Shown here in pieces: positions 58,855 to 64,000 of a DNA stretch of 64,000 nucleotides. Under the pieces are notes generated by a model that was not told where the DNA came from, searched no databases, and saw only the letters and a list, made by a program, of their open reading frames with translations. The DNA lies in the NCBI GenBank assembly GCA_963823945.1, contig CAWGNK010000014.1, positions 93,112 to 157,111 of the forward strand, in the 5' to 3' direction. Position numbers and translations under genes: made by a program. Source of the stretch: an uncultured Acidimicrobiaceae bacterium (GTDB lineage: Bacteria > Actinomycetota > Acidimicrobiia > Acidimicrobiales > Bog-793). Position 1 is the first letter of the stretch, and every line of letters begins with the position of its first letter.

Positions 58855-59288
58855 TCGGAATCTCGCGCCAAGGAAACAGCGAGCTGGGTCGTGAAACTCA
58901 TGGAGCCGACAGTCATGTGCTGCGGGATGATTGGATGCCTGGCACGGCGCATCGCATCGGTCCACAGAGCCAGGGCGGAGGAATTGGTAGGTCGTCGTGG
59001 GAAGTTGTACTCCGCGAGCTGTTGTGCTGTTGCCGTGAACGGGTTGAATCCGGCTGGTGGAACGGTGACGTAAGTAGGCGCTCCAGGGGTGTTGTACCGA
59101 TATACGGTGCCGCCGCCTGGCATTGCGGAGGCGGACGCCTGGGGTATTTCGGTTGTGGATCCCGTCGCTCCCGTCGCTCCGGTCGATCCGGTCGATCCGG
59201 TCGCCCCGGTCGTGACAAGGAGTACTAGTAGTCCAGCAAGACAAGCAGCGGATGCGGAGGCGAGCATCGCTCGGTTGCGACGATACAA
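58851..59288 (-). CDS. Short secreted protein with TG[AS] repeats and a peptidase-propeptide-like motif
   Basis: Signal peptide, TGATGSTGSTGATGATGS, VPPAGFNPFTATAQQLAEYNFPRRP. Confidence 0.55.
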   Translation of the reverse strand: MYRRNRAMLASASAACLAGLLVLLVTTGATGSTGSTGATGATGSTTEIPQASASAMPGGGTVYRYNTPGAPTYVTVPPAGFNPFTATAQQLAEYNFPRRPTNSSALALWTDAMRRARHPIIPQHMTVGSMSFTTQLAVSLARDSE

Positions 59289-59430
59289 GAGTATGCACCC
59301 CCCTCAATCGGTAGTACAGGCACAATACAGTGATGATCCATGTGCAGCCTGTAGTGGTGTCGTAGGTGGCTCTCCTAGCTGAGCGTGTGACTTGCTATGT
59401 TCTTTTCTGCGCGACCTCTTCATGCGAGTA

Positions 59431-60009
59431 TTACCGTGAAGTAACTCGGATGGGCACGCACATCCGGTATGTCCCTGCACCGAGGGTCTTCGAGTCCACA
59501 CGAATCGAGATCCCGAAAGGAACCGAGAAGTCGAAGGTTATCCAGTAGACACCGCCCCGCACGTCGGGCACCTCGACAACGAAGGGTGCATCGCTAAGGC
59601 CAACTCCGAGGGTGTCATCCGGGCTTGTTACTGGTGTGTCCGGAACGTGATGAGCTTTGGGTGGAGCCTGCCCCTCGACCGAATAGCTGGCCTGAACCCG
59701 TCCGCGAACACTCCGCCCGAAGATTCCAGGGCTCTCTATCGCGCTTTCTCGCCAACCTGATCCCGTCCGACCCGCGCCGGTCGCGACAAGGCGCACAAGA
59801 CTTCCGGCGGGTGCGCTGTCGGGCGTAACGGACAGTCGCAGTATTCGCGAGCAGCCCGCTGGCATTGCACCGCTCGCTGGCTCACTACAGCCGGCACAAG
59901 CAATCGCGCCGGCCAGCAGCAACACGGCTGCACCAGTCCAGATACAGCCACATCCGCTTCGATGGCCTGACGCTTCGTAGCTCTTGGATTCACCCGCGCC
60001 TGTGCGCAT
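59431..60009 (-). CDS. Putative lipoprotein
   Basis: Hydrophobic stretch ending in lipobox-like IACAGC; G-rich RBS before ATG. Confidence 0.55.
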   Translation of the reverse strand: MRTGAGESKSYEASGHRSGCGCIWTGAAVLLLAGAIACAGCSEPASGAMPAGCSRILRLSVTPDSAPAGSLVRLVATGAGRTGSGWRESAIESPGIFGRSVRGRVQASYSVEGQAPPKAHHVPDTPVTSPDDTLGVGLSDAPFVVEVPDVRGGVYWITFDFSVPFGISIRVDSKTLGAGTYRMCVPIRVTSR

Positions 60010-60194
60010 CAGATCCCCCTCTTTTTGCTACCTAACCGATCTCTACTGTCTCCTCCGGTAGTGGCTGTATACGAATCACGGCAAGTCTCTATTCGACCAT
60101 CCCGCCGACGACACGCAGCATTGCCGCGTTCCGTAAGCCCGAAACTGCGGCAGTCCCCGTGCGTTCATCAATCCGCGCTCAGACATCTAGCCCA

Positions 60195-61514
60195 TCATTC
60201 GGAGAGTATTGTCGTGTTTGAGGAACTCTCTGCTTCGCCGATCTCGAAGGCATAGCAATCAGTCGAGGAGCCGAGGTCGATTTCCCCAACTGCATTCACA
60301 GTGCCCGTGTCATCAATGTGGACATAAACTGGGCCACCACTATCTCCACCTTGACATATGGTGTTGCTGTCAGTTCCCTCGATGAGATGGCATGTCTCTA
60401 TGCCTCCGACAACCTGACAGAGGTCGTTGTCGCCGACCGAGGCGCCCCTTACCTCACCCGTGACGCTGCCGTCGAATGTCATCTTTGATCCTTGGGCCGG
60501 AATCTCGGTGCCCGCAATTATGAATGAAGCTCCATCATTGCCCCAGACCCCCTCGCCGGCAGATGACGATCCGTGCGGCAATGTGTAGATTGTCTCGAAG
60601 TCGTCGTGCTGCGAATCTTGAAAGTAGTTCGTGGCAGTACTTCCCATGTCGACGTCGTCACCAGTCAGATCCCACGCGCTAGTCGTCCCACAATGTCCTG
60701 CCGTCAGCATAAAGTCGTGGCCGCTCGCGTTACCGCTGACCCCGAAGCCGCCAGTACACTCCGTATATACTCCACCGCCAACTGGATGCGAGATCTGGTC
60801 CCCACCAAGGAATGGCGAGCAGTCGTTATACCGATCGTTGCAGGTAGAGTCCATGAAGGTTAGCGGCGCTCCATATGCGCCTGCGATGCTCAATCCAGGA
60901 CCATAGGACGCCTCCAGTACTTGCCCGGCGAGCTGTTGGTAATTGGCACCAGAAACCGCCGTCGTGATCCCGGGAGGGGCTACCGCAGATCGGAGTGTCG
61001 ATGCGAGCTGAGCAATCTGTGTGGATGTCGGAGCGCTGAGGGTAACGAGAACCGAATCCGTCGCAGGATTGGGGCCCCATCCCCTCAACGATACGCCCTC
61101 CGCTGTTATCGTGCTGTATGCAGAGGCCAATGTCGAGGTCAAGCCCGCCATTGCTGCCCAACTCGTCGTTACCTGGGTAGTAGTATATGGCACTTCCGAA
61201 GAGTCGGCAGAACTCACGGCTTGAAGGAATGCGGCGGTATTGGAATTCTCAACAATGAAAATCGAAAGATTACATCCGGAGATCATCGTTCCCGCAAAGC
61301 TGCCGGAGTATGCCGCCTCGCCCAATTGATTCACAGTGGCGCCAAATTCATCCAACGGTGAGCCTTCAGTATTACAAGAATTGCTTTGCGCAGGTATGGT
61401 GCTAGCTGCAACTGGCGCCGCTGTCGCGCCTCTGGGAGCGCTCAATGCGAACCCGGCAACCGCGAATCCGGCCAGACTGAGAACTGCTCCAAAGCGGAGC
61501 AACGTTCGCTTCAT
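60195..61514 (-). CDS. Secreted S1 family serine protease (alpha-lytic/streptogrisin-like) with prodomain
   Basis: Signal peptide, CTGGF, LTAGHC (His), HDDFE (Asp), GDSGGP (Ser). Confidence 0.88.
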   Translation of the reverse strand: MKRTLLRFGAVLSLAGFAVAGFALSAPRGATAAPVAASTIPAQSNSCNTEGSPLDEFGATVNQLGEAAYSGSFAGTMISGCNLSIFIVENSNTAAFLQAVSSADSSEVPYTTTQVTTSWAAMAGLTSTLASAYSTITAEGVSLRGWGPNPATDSVLVTLSAPTSTQIAQLASTLRSAVAPPGITTAVSGANYQQLAGQVLEASYGPGLSIAGAYGAPLTFMDSTCNDRYNDCSPFLGGDQISHPVGGGVYTECTGGFGVSGNASGHDFMLTAGHCGTTSAWDLTGDDVDMGSTATNYFQDSQHDDFETIYTLPHGSSSAGEGVWGNDGASFIIAGTEIPAQGSKMTFDGSVTGEVRGASVGDNDLCQVVGGIETCHLIEGTDSNTICQGGDSGGPVYVHIDDTGTVNAVGEIDLGSSTDCYAFEIGEAESSSNTTILSE

Positions 61515-62105
61515 GAGGTACCCCCCGGTATTGTATTGTGCCGCCCGAATAGAATCTGAAGCAGAAACAATGCTACACCCGATGAAGGAGCGCGGCAGCG
61601 CGCGGGCATCGAGAGACCGGCCGCCTAAATGAGACTGGAGTTCAGCGGGTCACTCGCGTCGCCGAAGTCGCTGGCTTCGCGGCGCGTGGGTATTGTTCCG
61701 TTTTCAAAGTTGGGTTATGCCGACCCGCCAGCCACTTACGGGGACTCACGTCGCTACGAGAAGAACCGGTCAATGGCACGGAAAGGTGGGGGCAGGTCGC
61801 CGACGCGGTTCGGCTGTCACAGCCGTCAGAGAACGCGAGTGTCCGATCTGGGGGTTGTTGTGCCCAAGCGCGAGCCGTGCCCAGTGACAAGCAGAACGAA
61901 GGATCGAGTGCTGGGTCGCGAGTCCCACAGTAATGAGGCGAGGAGGGCCGCCGCTGTCACGTCCCCTGACACGGGGCCTGCGTCGGACACTCAGCCCGTG
62001 AGCGGCGAGGCTCCGGTAGCCCGACTGCGAGAGCGGAGTCGTCCGCTTTATTTCCCGGACTCACGTGACCCCGTCGGTTCGGGTTGCCGAAGAACCCGGA
62101 TCGTT

Positions 62106-62213
62106 GGATCTGACGCGGATCTGACGCGGCACACCGGAAAATGAATGAAGGCCACCAGGGGTCAATGACGGAGAGCTAACATAGCACGTCAAGGGCCATT
62201 TTGGCTCTCCGTC
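62106..62213. repeat. Direct repeat plus inverted repeat next to the rnpB 3' end (att-like relic or terminator)
   Basis: GGATCTGACGC x2 (62106-62127); GACGGAGAGC (62167-62176) / GCTCTCCGTC (62204-62213). Confidence 0.6.
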
Positions 62214-62221
62214 CGAGGCGG

Positions 62222-62576
<355 letters not shown>

Positions 62577-62661
62577 ATGCCATTGTCGCACCCGGAGCCT
62601 GTGAGCGCGGGCGCGTCGGCGGTCCGCGTCGCCGGAGGAGCCCACGGGTAGCCTTCATCTC

Positions 62662-64000
62662 GTGGTGCCCGACGGCGTGGCCGAGGAGCAGCGCTTCGAT
62701 TTCGCGCCCGACGGGTCTCCGGCCGGGGGTGCCGGCGCCGAGCTGAAACGACGGATCGAGGACGTGCTCGCGGCAGCCCAGCGTGCCGAGGCGCGTCGTG
62801 GGGCGACGGGTTCTCCTGATCGGGCACCGCGGCGTCGCACCTCGGCCGCCCCCCGGGCCCGGCCCACCGCAGAAGGCACCGGGGTTGGGACCGCCGCCGA
62901 TCCGGGTGGGGCGCCCGTCGACGGGGCGCTCTCGGTCACCGAGTTCTACGAACGTGTGAAGGGCGCGCTCGCCCGCGAGTTCACCGACGACGTGTGGGTC
63001 GTGGGCGAGATCCGCGGTCTGAAAGAGAGCCGGGGACATCACTACATCGAGCTCGCCGACGAGTCGGCGGACCGGGCGGAGCGCGCCGGTGTCGCCCAGC
63101 TCGAGGTCGTCTGCTGGGCCCGCGAGTGGCCGAGAATCGCGGCCGCGCTGGCCGGGGTCGGCATCGCGCTCGAAGTCGGCCGAGTCGTGCGCGTGCGGGG
63201 CCGCGTCTCGGTCTGGGAAGGCGGAAGCAAGCTGCGCTTCACGCTTGCCGAGCTCGACGTCGAGGCGATGCTCGGTGGGATCGCGGCGGCGCGCCGGCAG
63301 CTGCTCCACGCCCTCGAGGTGGAGGGTCTGCTCCACGCCAACCAGCGTCTCGGACTGCCCCTCGTGCCGCTGCGAATCGGGGTTGTGACGAGTCCCGGCT
63401 CTGAGGCGCACCGGGACTTCGTCGGACAGCTCGACCGTTCCGGCTTCGCCTTCGAGGTCTTTTTCGAGCCGACGCTCGTCCAGGGCGCCGAGGCGCCCGA
63501 GCAGATCTCGGCCGCGCTCGGGCGGCTCGGGCTGGCGCCGATCGACCTCGCCGTCGTCGTGCGCGGCGGCGGAGCCCGCGGTGACCTGGCCGCCTTCGAC
63601 GCCGAGGCGGTCGCGCGCGCGATTGCCACCGCTCCGTTCCCGGTGTGGACCGGGATCGGGCACACTGGCGACCGTTCGGTCGCCGACGAGGTTGCGCACC
63701 GGGCGATGATCACGCCGACACAGTGCGGCGAGGCCGTCGTGGCCCGGGTCGCCGAGTACCTCGGTGAGATCGGGCAGAAGGCGGGCGCGCTCACCGGTCT
63801 CGCCCGGGCGCGGCTCGACTCGGCGGCCTACCAGCTCGCGGCCGGTGCCGCGGGACTGGGTCGCGCCAGCCGCCACCAGTTCGAGCGGCGATTGGTCGAG
63901 CTCGGGACGGCCGGGATGGGGCTGACGAGAGTCGTCACGGTAGGGCTGCGGCGCGAGGCCGACGGGCTGACGGAGCAGGTGGCGCTGCTCGGGGCGGTGA
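62662..64000 (+). CDS. xseA: Exodeoxyribonuclease VII large subunit, 5' part (runs off window)
   Basis: ALSV.EF, VWVVGEI, GHHY..L.D, RIGVVTS, VQG, VVRGGG..DLAAFD, TGIGH..D.SVAD, TPT; TAGCCT 7 nt before GTG. Confidence 0.92.
   Translation, partial: MVPDGVAEEQRFDFAPDGSPAGGAGAELKRRIEDVLAAAQRAEARRGATGSPDRAPRRRTSAAPRARPTAEGTGVGTAADPGGAPVDGALSVTEFYERVKGALAREFTDDVWVVGEIRGLKESRGHHYIELADESADRAERAGVAQLEVVCWAREWPRIAAALAGVGIALEVGRVVRVRGRVSVWEGGSKLRFTLAELDVEAMLGGIAAARRQLLHALEVEGLLHANQRLGLPLVPLRIGVVTSPGSEAHRDFVGQLDRSGFAFEVFFEPTLVQGAEAPEQISAALGRLGLAPIDLAVVVRGGGARGDLAAFDAEAVARAIATAPFPVWTGIGHTGDRSVADEVAHRAMITPTQCGEAVVARVAEYLGEIGQKAGALTGLARARLDSAAYQLAAGAAGLGRASRHQFERRLVELGTAGMGLTRVVTVGLRREADGLTEQVALLGAV

Noticed and set aside
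61629-62144. 171-aa ORF as an integrase remnant
   Set aside because: No tyrosine- or serine-recombinase motifs and no convincing codon bias

Overview
High-GC actinobacterial chromosome segment, most consistent with Acidimicrobiia (inferred from gene content and order). (1) 1.4-17 kb: a divergent redox locus. Leftward: group 3b [NiFe]-hydrogenase operon (beta, cNMP-binding protein, gamma, delta, alpha, maturation protease, HypC-like, EamA, DUF6390-like). Rightward: PorC/A/B, a PorD split by a GltD-like flavoprotein, then PntAB. DosR/DevR-like boxes lie between the two arms. (2) 18.4-36.3 kb: the dcw cluster (mraZ to divIVA) without murF; a ~39-bp inverted repeat covers the rsmH translation start. 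(3) 36.3-50.5 kb: a structured convergent intergenic region, leaderless ileS, a DdbA/DksA-like gene, lspA, rluA, a sigma-70, Rrf2 and housekeeping genes. (4) 51-55.6 kb: an eno-unknown-ppsA operon with similar DosR-like boxes. (5) 57.4-62.2 kb: a lower-GC cluster of secreted proteins abutting the 3' end of rnpB, followed by a partial xseA. Three single-base frameshifts in G/C runs are most likely sequencing errors. All calls come from motif recognition by eye; no database searches were run.
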